Assembly: GCA_044892525.1 (NCBI GenBank)
Contig: CM097885.1
Location: 127,968,001-128,032,000 of the forward strand
Length of the DNA: 64,000 nt
DNA from: Schmidtea polychroa
Lineage: Eukaryota
Reading direction: 5' to 3'
Shown in pieces: positions 51,508-64,000 of this stretch. The position numbers were made by a program, and so were the translations under genes. Each line of letters begins with the position of its first letter. The stretch's first letter is position 1. Under the pieces are notes generated by a model. It did not search any database, was not told the DNA's origin, and saw only the letters and a program-made list of their open reading frames with translations.

Positions 51508-52299
51508 AGTTGGGGTTTTTGATTTTATATGTTCTAAAAAAACAATTACACAAACAATACTCAACGTATATTTTTATTTAAATTTGTATAATCTACAATT
51601 TACAAAACTGTGAATATCGCAATAAAATTTCCATTCTGACTATTCGATAAGTCTCGCTTTGACTGCTTTGGTTCTGCACGTTCTTCAATAATAATCACCT
51701 CATTTCTTAAATCCTTTAACTTGATCCTTTTCTTTTCTGTTTCGTTAATTATATTTTCAAATTTTAACAATTTTCCCTTTACCTACTGTCATTTTGTTTG
51801 TACATACCTTAGGCATAAATGCTCATTGTTTTTGGAGTTTGAGTTACTTTATATATTTAAAATAATCGCATTGATTAATGACGTTTTAACTAAGTCATCT
51901 CTATTTGACAAACTTTACCTCGCGGCCTTTTTCATTTAAAAAATAATTAATTGTCCCACATTGCGTCTCCTTTGTGATAATATTTTACCATTTTCCATTG
52001 CTCATGCTGTCATAATAATGATTTGTCAACATCAACTTTATTTACTTCTCTCTTTTTAGGTCCAGTTTTCATTTTATTAATTAATTAACGATTTTCTGTT
52101 TTTGTACATTTTCTTGGATTTCCACAATTTCGAAACATATTCAGACGAATCCATTCTTACCCTGATATTCCTCATTATCTCATCCGCATCTTACCAATTT
52201 TTCAAATTTTAATGCGATGATTTGTTGATCTCTTATAATTTTGAATTTTCCACATTCTTTTTTAATTATATAATAATTTTAAATTTAACAAACCCAACA
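51508..52299 (-). mobile_element. Degraded solo LTR (related to family A)
   Basis: Minus strand starts TGTTGGG and ends AAACCCCAACT. It shares TACAAAAACAGAAAA..TTAATTAATTAAT, GTATATAA and AAATATACGTTG(A/G)GTA blocks with 10068-11126. TSD not intact. Confidence 0.6.
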
Positions 52300-55200
52300 T
52301 TTTTAAATTAATTTACATTATATTTATTAAAAAATTGACTGTGAATTAATATAATGTCAATTGAAAATGAAAAGAAATCAGTTCTTATAATATTTAATAA
52401 ATATAAATAAAGTAAAAATTAATAACTACATTTTAATTAAATGTTATTATATTAAACTAATATAGTATTGAAAATAATAATAATTTAAAATTTATTTTAA
52501 ACTTATTGAAACAATTTTATAATTATTTTTGCAGAAGTAATAGTTTCAATTCCAAGCGATTTAAAAAAATTGGAAAAATTGTTTTAATTTCGAGGATTTC
52601 CATAAATAAAAAGGAATTAAATATTTTCTATTTAAAATGCTTCATATTTTTAAAAAAATGTATTTTAAATAAAACTTACATTTCTTTAATTTTTAAAATA
52701 CTAATATTCCCATCTTGCATGTGCAATAATGTCATGTCACAAAATAAGGCCAAAAGAGATTAAAAAAAATTATAATACAATTTCCTGATAAAAATATTTT
52801 ATTCAAGATGTAAATTTTACAATATATTTCTTGATTTGCAACAAGGTTACTTAATCTAAATAAAAGGTTAAATATTTCTTTTTCAGAAAATGATCCAATT
52901 GAGTGGATTTTTAATAATTACAAAATAATTATAATGCATTAATTATAATACAAATCTTTTAATGTAAATATAAACATTCGAATAACAGTAAACGAATTTA
53001 TTTACAATCTAAAATAACATTCACCTGAATTACTCAAACGATTAAATGCATCCATAAAAAATAAAATGCAAGGTCAGTAAAGTCTGATTTAAACCAACAA
53101 GAAAATACACTTTTTATTTATTAATTTAAATAATTTAAATTAAATAACGAAAAAAGGATACCACATTTATGGAGCATGTAAATTAATAATAAAGTCAATT
53201 GAAATAACCATGCATATTGAAGAATTATTTTGAAGAATTAATATCAACAATTTCAAATTTCAACGAAACATTACTACTTCATTATCTTTTTGTTAAGCAA
53301 CTTTTTCGAGAATCAATTCGCTGCAGTCATTGTGGGGTTGCTTTAAAGCTCATCATAAATAAACAAAGTTGATGCGATTTCAATATCAAGTTGAAAATTA
53401 AAGAGGTAAGAGGATTTACTGATGAAGCATGTTTGTCTTTTTTGGAAGAATTTTAATTTATTGGTACATTTAAAACAGTCTTGATATAATATTTAGTCTA
53501 CTACGGTATAATACTGATTAAATGGTTTGAATTAGTTTATATTTATTGTTATATAAATTTTTGTATTTTTTTAGCGTAGTATTTTTTTACATGATCCACA
53601 TTTATAATAAATAAATGAGTTTTAAGCGTAACATAAATATAAACGTTGTCTTCAATAAACGACTACGCAAAATAACAGAACAATATTTCTGATATTTTAA
53701 TTAATTTAAGTACTATTTACGAAAACCAATAAATATAATTTGATGAAATAGTTAAATAATCTCAATAAAATCGTTGCTGTTCAATAGTAATTGCAAGGAA
53801 ATGTAATTTATTATCAATACAAAAAATAATTAATTTTTCCCAAAAATTATCAAAAATTTACAACCAATTAAAAAATTATTTAAATTTGCTTTCAATTTAC
53901 ATTTTTTTCTATGCACAATAATATTACTCAAATTCTCAATATATTGATGGTATCATTATGGGGTTGTCGATGGCCTGGTGGTTTATGTAATTTCTCAATT
54001 AGAGAATATGATTCCAAATTTTTGTATAATGACTAAAATATTTAAAATATACTTTTATGATATCTTTTCGGTGTATTTTATTGTACTAAAGTTGTTACTT
54101 TTATAAATTATATGAATAGTTTTTGAAAGATAAACATATAGAAAATCAACATCTCGGATTTGAACAATAGCTTCTGGGGTTTTAAGCATAATACGAAATA
54201 TGGTCGATATCTATTGAAAGGCATATAAATCTTTATTCAATCTTGGTTCTCTTTTGATTAAAAATGAATATTCTATATTCCTCAAAGATATATTATCCAA
54301 TGAAACCATTATATAGACTTTTCACTTGTTCGGTAAAGAATTGGAAGATATAGAGCGGAAAGGTAATTAATCCTACAACCGTTGAAATACAAAAGCAAGA
54401 TTAAAAAATCCTCAATTATTTGAAATGCATTCGGAAGACAACGGATTCAAAGACAGTTTTATTTTCAAGAAAGCAAACTGCTATTACTTGGGCCTCTTTA
54501 ATGGAATTGTCTATTCATACAATTTTAAAAGTTTTAACAATATCCTTTTTGAATGTATAACTTCACGTGTAATGGTTCCAATGTTATATAAAATCAAAGT
54601 TCTCTACAATTATTATTCAATCAGCAAAGAATTCATTTTGATTATATGATTAATTTGTCAACTTATTGCGTGTTTAAGTATATATATATATATAGTACTT
54701 GCTGATAATTAAAACTACAAACTCATGATGGAGATCATTACCTTGAAATTTATTAGATTATTTTCTGTTTTCGGTTATTAATTAAAACAATATTTGATAA
54801 ACCATTATTATTCGAAGAACATTCAAAATAGAAGTGAAATAAAATAGAAATTATTAAATGTTTTAAATTAAATTAATTAATTTTCATTTTTATAAAAAGT
54901 TAGTAGCCATTAGAAAATAGACTTCATTTTAGATTGAAATGATAAAAATAATCAATAAAATATTTTTTATTTCATTTGAAAAATTATGATAAAAATTTAA
55001 TTGAAAAATAATATTATAATTATGTATTGATGCCAACTTTTTTTTATTTCATGTAATTTTTTTAAATAATAATTTTTGAAATTTTATTTAATCGAGAAAG
55101 TAAAAGTTTTAATTTATTATTGAAAATTTAAATCTATGCAAATTTTATTTCACTGAATTTTTTTATAATAAGGGTATAAATATCTCATCACCTGAAATTT

Positions 55201-56151
55201 CAAGTAGTAATATTAAATTCAAAAAATCTTTATACTGAATGTTGTTTTAAACATTACAAATATATCTACATTAAACACATTTATTTTCTCTTAAGCAATG
55301 CTATTTCTGGATATAGAAATGTTGATACTCAAAATGATATGGAATAAGCATTCATTACCCTTACTCCCAATGAACACATGTATTATGAACAATCCATGAA
55401 CAATTGGATGAACAAATCCAATCTAAACGTAATAGGATCTTATTAAGTCTCATATTATGAGTTAAAATGTTGAAACCATAACAATTTTAAAAATATTTTA
55501 TTTATTTAGGATTAGATTTAACAAGCATGTAAAATTAACAAAAATCACCTTATACGTTAAATGATTTTTCTAAATAGAAATCCTTGAGTTCATTCATAAT
55601 TCCACTTATGCATCCTTTAAGTTTCATCCGATTGGTATAATAGACCTACTGGAAATGTAATTTTTTTGAGTAACATTTTGCAATCCTCGTTAGGTTCTTT
55701 CTTTGTACCCTTCGTTTATACTATTGTTGGTAATTTAATACATATTCTTAATGTTTGTTAGTTAGTTTTTCAAAAGTCGACGGTTGCAATTTTACTCATA
55801 AGAAAATTCGATATAGTTTTATTTATTCCTTTGTATTTAATGTTGATTTTTCTACAAAAATATCTTCAACGATTTGAATAAGTAAAAATGACTGACCATA
55901 CTTTTTACCTATGTCGTTTATTATTTATAATAACTTTAAGACTTTAAATTCTAGGAACATTTAATTTAAAACGGCAGAAGGATCAGTCATATTCTTCCTC
56001 CTGATATTATTGAAATTCCTCAAAACATATAAATGATCAATTCTGATTAGTAAAATGTATGTAAGTTTTAAATTTTGACGATTTTAATTTTATTTAGACT
56101 TTTGGTTTTATGAAAAAAGTTTTTTTATGAAGTTGTTTAAATAGAATAAGG

Positions 56152-56355
56152 TAGCGCTTCTCAAAGTGTGGTTTGCGGGTCGCAGAAAAATTCAGCTGGG
56201 TCGCGGCAAAAATTGTAAAAACACAAAAAAATTCCTTTACATATTACTAATCACTTATAATAGTGCCCAAAGTGTGGGTTCAGACCCGGCACCGGGTCGC
56301 AGAAAAATTTAGCACCTCGTACCGGGTCGCCGTCAAAAAAAATTGGGAAACGCTG
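56152..56355. mobile_element. hAT MITE
   Basis: Ends TAGCGCTTCTCAAA / TTGGGAAACGCTG, 8-bp TSD GAATAAGG/GAATAAGA, internal GGGTCGC repeats. Confidence 0.8.
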
Positions 56356-58264
56356 GAATAAGAAAATGATAGCTATTAGAGTTACAATTTTTTTCTGAAC
56401 TCCTCGTATTTATACGCATTCATAATTGAGAAATTTGAATCACATAATATTTATTTTTAAGTTAGATAAACAAAGTTCAAGGAGATTTAAATATATTTAC
56501 ACTTAGCGAAGATTTCATTCATTCTTTCAACACAACATATTAGTTTTTATTTATTATTATTTTAAATATTAAAATATATTTTTAGACTTTTATGAAAGCG
56601 TTAAATATATATTTACTTCTAAATTCATTTTTCGTCATTTTAAATTATATTCAATTAATTTTCATTTAAAATTTATAAATTTTTATTTATCAACCTGTAT
56701 GTGCCAGCCAATCAATGAAGGTTGATAATACAGAGGTGATAGAAGATTTTACAGTTGAAAATGATGTAGTTGCAATCGACGATGACCCCATTGAATTACT
56801 GCCCTTCTCAATCACACGAAAAGTAGCTTTTGTACTCAAATACGCAATTGTACTAAATTTAATTAAATAAAATTGTAGTTTAAATTTTTTTTTATGAAAT
56901 ATTGTTTGTATTTTAAATATTATTCACTAGATATTACTTAGTAATAAATATTAAAAATAAACAAAATACTTAATAACATTCGGTAGTATTGTGATTGAAA
57001 ACATGAATGTCTAGTATTTTGTTACAAAATTAGTCATTATACTTTCATTGAAGTTAGGGCCTAACTATTGTAGACTGGGGAATGCGTGGCTAGGCTAGTC
57101 GTAATTGTGAGTCATGGTCGTGATTGGCCCCAGAAAACGAAATCGTAAAACCGGGTGGTCGTAAGGCGAGGGTCTACTGTATATACATATTAAAGTTGCT
57201 ATAATGGTGTATTTTTCAACAAAATATCTTTGTAAAATCTGTACCAATTCCACAGAGTTATGTTAATATACAATCCCTAAAGAAACCGGAACCAAATATC
57301 ATTGAAAGTCTTTCAACGAACATTTGAAATGAAAAACATTTTTTGCAGTTCTATTTTGATGAAATTGATGGTAAAATGAAAATTAACTAATTGTAGTCTT
57401 TCTAAAGAATTTCGCTTTTTCTTTGTACGTATAATTATCAATTTCTTGAAATTCTTTGCAAACTCCAGTTGGAACTCTAAAAGGCCATATTTGTCTTTTA
57501 TGAATTTAACTGCTATTATGTACTATCAGTAAAGTCATTAGTATTATTGTTTACATTTGATCTGTCTTTAATTTCTCTTATAATTTCAATTATTTCAACT
57601 ATGACTATAAAAATTTTTTTTATTTTTTACACAAATTTTCGGCACTTCCTTTTTCAAGTGCTAATAGTTAACTATCATCTGGAAAAATTGTTTTGTCAAT
57701 TGCTGCATCTGAAATTAAATTTCAATATAAATTGTCACAACGCGATCCTATCATCGACAGACCGAATGGCACTTATCGCAATGAAATAATCTTTAAACTT
57801 AATTTTTTTATTGAAATAGCAATTATGAAATTCATTTTAGAAAATATCAGGTCAAACCATAATAAATAAATGAAAAAAAAACTAGTTTTTGTTAATTGCC
57901 ATGCTGTCTACAGACTCCATTTATGGGTTCACTTCTACAAAAATATTATCTGATGATTAAATATCTTAGAATGTCGGCAGATTTCATCCAGATTATAATG
58001 AAATTTATCGTTTACTTTGTAAATTGCTTTTATTTTCTTTCTAATGGTTTGACGTTTTTGACTTGTTTATAATTACAATTACAATTAAGATACAATTTTG
58101 AATAAAAATTCTAAAAATAAATAGTGCAATAGTAATGATAATTTTAAAATATTAATGGAAAATATTTTACATTTCATTCAATGTATACTTTGCAGTAAAA
58201 GGTTTATTTTATCATTTATTTAAAAAAAAAGATTAATAATAATAATAATGACAAATTAGTTGAA

Positions 58265-58905
58265 TTGTTAATGAAGAACGGTTATTCAAAATCCTTTTTA
58301 TTAATTATGGTAAAAGAGACAGTTGACAAATTTATTTAAAATTCTAAGGATTCTTGTTTGAGAAAATCTAAGTGTGATGTTGTTAAGGTGTGTGAGTCTG
58401 ATGAGTTAAAATCTGGGTGTGGTTTTGCTGAGGTGTGTGAGTCTGATGAGTTAAATAAATTAAATAGTGTGAGCAAGGATGATGAGCCTAAATTTGTGTT
58501 AATATTCCCGTACTCAAAAGGTTTTAAGGATTATAAAGTGAAGATAAGAAAGCAGTTAAGGAATTTAAATTATATGATAGTGTCAACTTCATGGAAAGTA
58601 CGCAATATGTTTATTAATAAGTCAAAAACTCCGGTTGAATTGTGTTCCGATCTCGTTTATCAGTTTACATGTAAAGGGTGTAATGCCACATACATTGAAG
58701 AGACTTCCCGTCATCTCTGTATTCGACCCATATTAGTGAACATAGTAAGTGCTGTAAGAGTAAAATAGGAATGTCTGATTTTAAAATTTAAATAAAAAAT
58801 TTCGATAATTATTGGGAACGTGTAATTTGTGAGGCGTTATTGATAAAGTCATTGAATCCGAAAATTAATGTGCAGAATGCAGTGAATAATTGTGTTTTAA
58901 ATGTT
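58265..58905 (+). mobile_element. Penelope-like element 3' fragment (GIY-YIG endonuclease)
   Basis: KNGYSK, LIFPYSKG, LVYQFTCKGCNATYIEETSRHL and CEALLIKSLNPKINVQ. Confidence 0.82.
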
Positions 58906-59267
58906 TTTAAATACATTTTTATATATTGTATGTATTGATTGCTGTTTGTTAAATTAATTAATTAATAAAATTCTTTAAATTATTAACCCTTTAACCACTG
59001 AAATTGAAATACGAGGAATTTCTTCATGATAATTTTTTTTAGTATATGAATTTACCCAAAAACATATAATTATGAAGTTTATTTGAAAAAATACTTACCT
59101 GAGAGCACCAGGTAAAAAAAATGAAAGACCGTCTGTAGACGGTCTTAGTGGGTTAGGCCAAAAAAATAAAACTATGAACTATGTAAAAGATTATAATATT
59201 ATTTATTTATGCATTGTAATACAACTTAAAGCAACTTTTTGTTTTTGAGAAATCTGATACGCATACA

Positions 59268-59374
59268 TGGCGTATGAAAATCATATTCGCCTCTGGAGAC
59301 ACCGTCATATGCACTTGTAAACAGTTTCTGTGTATGACGGTGTCTCCAGAGGCGAATTTGATTTTCATACGCCA
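59268..59374. repeat. Hairpin element with 42-bp arms
   Basis: TGGCGTATGAAAATCA(T/A)ATTCGCCTCTGGAGACACCGTCATA inverted around a spacer of about 23 nt, one mismatch. Confidence 0.88.
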
Positions 59375-59647
59375 AGTTTACAAGTTTGCAGATATTTTCA
59401 TTCTGTGATTTAGAGAATTTTCAAGTGATGTGATTTCCAGTGTACCAGGTAAAGTATACAATAAATTTTAATCAGCAATATTGTAAACTTACCTAGCTCG
59501 AAGAGAAATCTTCGCGTCTCCTGCATAGTACTGATGAGAGCCAAAAGCTCGAAACTAGTCCACTATTGGGATTTGCACTGGTTATCACAAAGCTTGTAAT
59601 CTTTATCATATTTTATTGTTAGACATCCGTAAAAAATATTTTAATCC

Positions 59648-59715
59648 AATATTATTAATATTATTAATATTATTAATATTATTAATATTATTAATAATTT
59701 TAATATTATTAATAT
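59648..59715. repeat. 9-bp tandem repeat (AATATTATT)n
   Basis: About 7 copies, abutting the LTR end at 59716. Confidence 0.9.
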
Positions 59716-60690
59716 TGTTGGGTTTTATGATATCAAAATCAACCGTTGGTTACTCTGACTCCACGTGTTCCAAAATCAATAAACACAAACTCCCAAAGTA
59801 TATTTGTTTTATGAAAATTCACAACTCTCAACAATTATTCACACTGTTGGTTAATCACAATTCTCACACAATTTCAGATCAGACTCCGCTCTGAAGGTTT
59901 CAACATTGTACGATTTAAAATTAAGTTTCACCTTTTAGCTTGATTCCGCTCTCTGATTCGAACTCTTTTAATATTCCTTTCCGACTCCTCGATTCCTCTT
60001 ATAATTCTTTACTTCTTTATTTTATTCCTCGAAATCCTAGCGACTATTTCTTCTTCCCTACAGGCTACCGCCGATTATGTGAATTTTGAGTTTCCTTATA
60101 TACTCCCATAATCATTGTAATTGCCCCATTTTTAACCTAATTGGTTTTGACTTCTTTAGTTATCATTTCCTAATTGGCTATTTCTGTTGACCCTCTTCGT
60201 AATTCCTCATTCCATTCTTTTGTTTACCCTTGTTTATCCGGTTGTTTAGATAATTGCCCTCTGAATTCCTCGTTTGTTTACCCTTCCAAATTGCCGTGCT
60301 CGGGTTTTCTTCATCGCTCGGGTTCTCCATTGGCTGGGGTTTTCCATTAGCTCGGGTTTCCCATTAACCAATTAATTAATTAATTAATATTTTACGTTTT
60401 TTTCACATTTGTCTGTTTTACGACCCTTTCTACACATTTTCTAAAAATTTCCTGCTCACTGTCGTCTTCACCATCCCCTAATCTACCCCTCTCCCGTTTT
60501 CCAGCTTCAATTTCAATAACTTTTTACTTTATTCCACTTCCTCAGGTTTGCGCATTTTCCCATTTCATGTCTGATTGTACCCTTTTATAGTTCTGTTTTT
60601 ATCATATCTTTCTTTGCCATTGCATCTCTGCTTGACCACCATTCAATTTCGGCTTTCCTTTTAATCTGAACTATATAATTTAATAATTTA
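59716..60690 (-). mobile_element. Solo LTR (family A relative), 5' end eroded
   Basis: Minus strand ends AAACCCAACA and carries the same TTAATTAATTAATTGG-(AAACCCGAGC)x4 block and ACACG..GGAGTCAGAG motif as 10068-11126. Confidence 0.8.
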
Positions 60691-63600
60691 CTTTTAAAAC
60701 CTAGTACTAGTAATTACTAGTAATTGCTAGTACTATAATTACTATAAATATTTTTATAAATTTATCATTTACTGAAAGCTGCCAAAATTTTAAATATACA
60801 ATTACAATTATGCCGTAAAATGATTACGCCTGTCCTCTGTGATTATACCCATTTTAATAAAAATATTTGAGCTTGAGTTTTGAACAAGGTATTATTGACA
60901 AATCAACATAAGTAAATATAAGCGAAGTTATAAGTAATTATAAAATAAACAAAAAAGTGGTGAAAATGACAGCATCTGTCTTATGACATAAACTCATTCA
61001 CGTAGCTCAAATTTAAGTATTGGAAATGTTTTTTACCTTTTAAAAAATTCTACCCTATTTGACTATTATTTATCTATAGCTGTAAAATAAATTAATTTAA
61101 TGTAATTAATTAAAACAAATTTGCTTTTTCTAAACGTATCTTTGATCAAGGCCTCGTCACGGTGTAAGATTTTAATTAATTCATCATTAGCAATCTGTGA
61201 AATTATTTTAAAATTACTATAAAAGAAATATTTTCGATTAAAATTTTGCAAATGTTATTTTTACAAGACTAATAAATAATTTTCATAAAATTATTATAAA
61301 ATAGAAAAATTTTTTTTTAATTTAATTTTGTTTTTTTTTATTCAGAAACTATATTTTAAATAATGAAAATTTTACAAAGCAAAATTTTTTTTAAGATTAA
61401 TGACTTTTTAAATATTCTCTTTAACGATCATCAAAAAATTTACAAAAAATTAAGTTGGAGAAGTCTTTTCAAAATAATATTAATTAAATAAATAGATGAC
61501 TAATTTACACATATAAAAGCAACCTAATTTTGTTTTTTAATCACAATTAAAATGATCATATTCTAAAAATGAAACATTAATTGCTTTAAAAGAAATTTTT
61601 TTGACAGTCTGAGCCAACAATGTGAACCTGCCCCAGTCAATCTAGACTTGACTAAATTATTCAAGAGCTCTCATTATACACTAAATATTTAAATTATCGC
61701 ATTTTCTGACGTATAACCCATATAAAATGAATAGCTTGAATCGAATTTTTTTTGTCCAAATTACAATGTTAACCATCGAATAAATTAAAATATCTTTTAT
61801 AAATAGTAAATTAAAATTTAATTATTAGAAGAACTTTTTTTCAAATTTCACCACTGATTTCTTTTCCATTGATATTGTATTTATTAAAATTTAATTGTAA
61901 TTAAATTTTCGAAAATTTCGAGCGACATATACGCGATAAAATAACAAAAATAAAAATTACTTTGATCTAACCTACCTTAATATGTAAACGGTTTTATACT
62001 ATTTATTGCTCTTACCCTATAGTACAAAACTCATTTCTTGTTTGAATGGTTTTACTTGCATTGTAATTAAGTAAATTGAATGTTAAACGCAAATAAACGA
62101 GTCATCACTCAAATGGTTTTGCTTAAACAAAAGCCTCTTTACTTTTGCAAAGACTTTTTAAAACAAAAATGACTTTATTGAGTCAAAAATTTCAAAAATA
62201 TTTTTACAAAAGATATTAAATCAAATCATACCAAAACTATAGTTGATAAAAACTTCTAAACAAACATTGTTTTCAAAAAATTTATAGCTTTTGTGGTGAC
62301 TTTTAAAGGGTCATGATGTTGACACAAAATTAATTTCAAATATCTCCCAATTATCCTACGATACAAAGAACTTTAAAAATTAACTCAAAATAATTTAAAA
62401 TAATTTTATTTATTTTAGAAGCGAGACTTTATTCAAGTTTATAAAATATTTAAAAATGTATAAATTATAGCCTTGCTTCGATTACTCTTTACAAGTCATC
62501 GGAATTCGGACACAATTGCTCATTTTTTTGTGTTTAACCCTCACATCTATCTACTTATGTACTTATGAACTGTTTTCAAAGTCTGATGAAAAATCAAAAA
62601 TATTAATTAGTTTTTGTCATTTGTGTTTTGAATTTCGTTTTTTTGTGCATAGAATACGATTTAGAAATTAATATTTGCAGACATTTTACAATTTAAGCTA
62701 TTTGTGTAAAATATTGCAAAATCTTTAAAATTTATTCCTTAATAATGATGACATTATTACTATATCCAAAACTTTTGAAAATGTTAATGAAGGTTTTTCA
62801 CATAATAATTATTTGACCATCACCACCACCGAAAAAATTGCTAATTATAAATATTATCCTATGATATTATAATAGCATTTTTTTCAAATTTCACCACTGA
62901 TTTTTTCCCCATATTTATTAAAACGCTTGACTATAAATACATTATCCTATAAATTTATGTATTTTTATTTAGCGTGTTTCCATTTTCATAGCATACGCCA
63001 TTTTCCCTACAGAGAAATAAAGATTTCTCTAAAAGATCATAGAGAATATTCATTTATTTGATAGAAAATATTGAAACATCTGATAACAACATTAAATGTA
63101 GTTAAACAAATAAAAAAAGCGAGAGACACATAAATTTGACCATTATTCAAATTTGCTTGTAAATAATAAAATAGGTGTAAGATTAATAATTAATTTTTTT
63201 GCATATTATAAATTAATTTTTTGTATTATACTCCACGGTGCAGTCCTTTTAAATGCATATAATATAACTAAAATTTCTATAATTTTGCATTTTCTATTTA
63301 AAGTCTTTTAAATATCATTCGCCCATAATAATATGAGTTTTCGAAAATCGGTACATATAATAAATGATATAAAAATACATAATGATTATTATAAAAAACA
63401 TACGAAAATGTGCCATAAATTACATCCGTCACTCTCAATTATTTCTTAAGTATATTATTTAAAAAAATACTTTAACGAAATACATTTAGAGAATAAAAAA
63501 ATGATATTTTTTATAATTTCTGTAAATTACAAAACAAGAATAATTAGATTCAGATCATTTCTTAATTGTCCAATAAAAAATTATAAGTAATATATAGTAA

Positions 63601-64000
63601 ATTAAATAAAATAATATTTTATATTTAAAACAATAAACTCATTTAAATAACATAATGTTGAATTAAAAATAACTAAAGAAAAATAAAAAAATGACTTTTT
63701 TAAATCTAATTAAAATTTAACAATTTTAAAATAACTAAATTCGTTCCGATTTAAATTATTGACGCTACCTAATATTTTGTGTTAAAGATGAAACAAATTG
63801 TTAATCTGAGTTTTGAGGCAATGGAAAGAAAATGGAAATTAATTAATGATATTTTATCATAATTTAAAAACAAATTACCAATTTCTTTGCTATTATGTTT
63901 TACATTTAAAACAATTTTTAAAATAATTAAAAATAGTAAATCTCCATTAGAAATTACAATACCAATACTATTAACCGCCCTTCCCAAATGGACGTACGTG

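Noticed and set aside
54425-54649. Short ORFs in 52.5-58 kb and 61-64 kb
   Set aside because: Very AT-rich, no motifs, and no consistent exon chain.
59616-59894. ORF with an ILLILL hydrophobic run as a signal or TM peptide
   Set aside because: It is the translation of a stop-free 9-bp AT microsatellite running into an LTR.

Overview
Very AT-rich eukaryotic DNA, most likely an invertebrate animal (inferred from GT-AG introns as short as 48-59 bp, kringle/Ig domains and the transposon spectrum). It has three assembly gaps. No prokaryotic features, CRISPR arrays or RNA genes were found. The main host gene is barely visible in the ORF track and was rebuilt by hand from splice sites: at least 12 + strand exons (14269-42979, about 1190 aa, 5' end not found). 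It encodes a probable type I membrane protein with the order F-type-lectin-like domain (FTLD), kringle, kringle, FTLD, kringle, kringle, FTLD with a kringle nested inside it, kringle, Ig-like, 8-Cys module, TM helix and a tail of about 9 aa. Eleven of the twelve exon starts are phase 1. The rest of the window is transposon-derived. It includes a compact, recently inserted but mutated Ty3/gypsy element whose gag ATG lies inside very short LTRs, a full-length decayed piggyBac, four related solo LTRs, many hAT/piggyBac/MULE MITEs with clear TSDs, and two non-autonomous Helitrons. There are also remnants of pogo, hAT, MULE, mariner, Penelope, RLE-type non-LTR and Polinton/Maverick elements. All calls come from reading the sequence by eye; no database searches were run.
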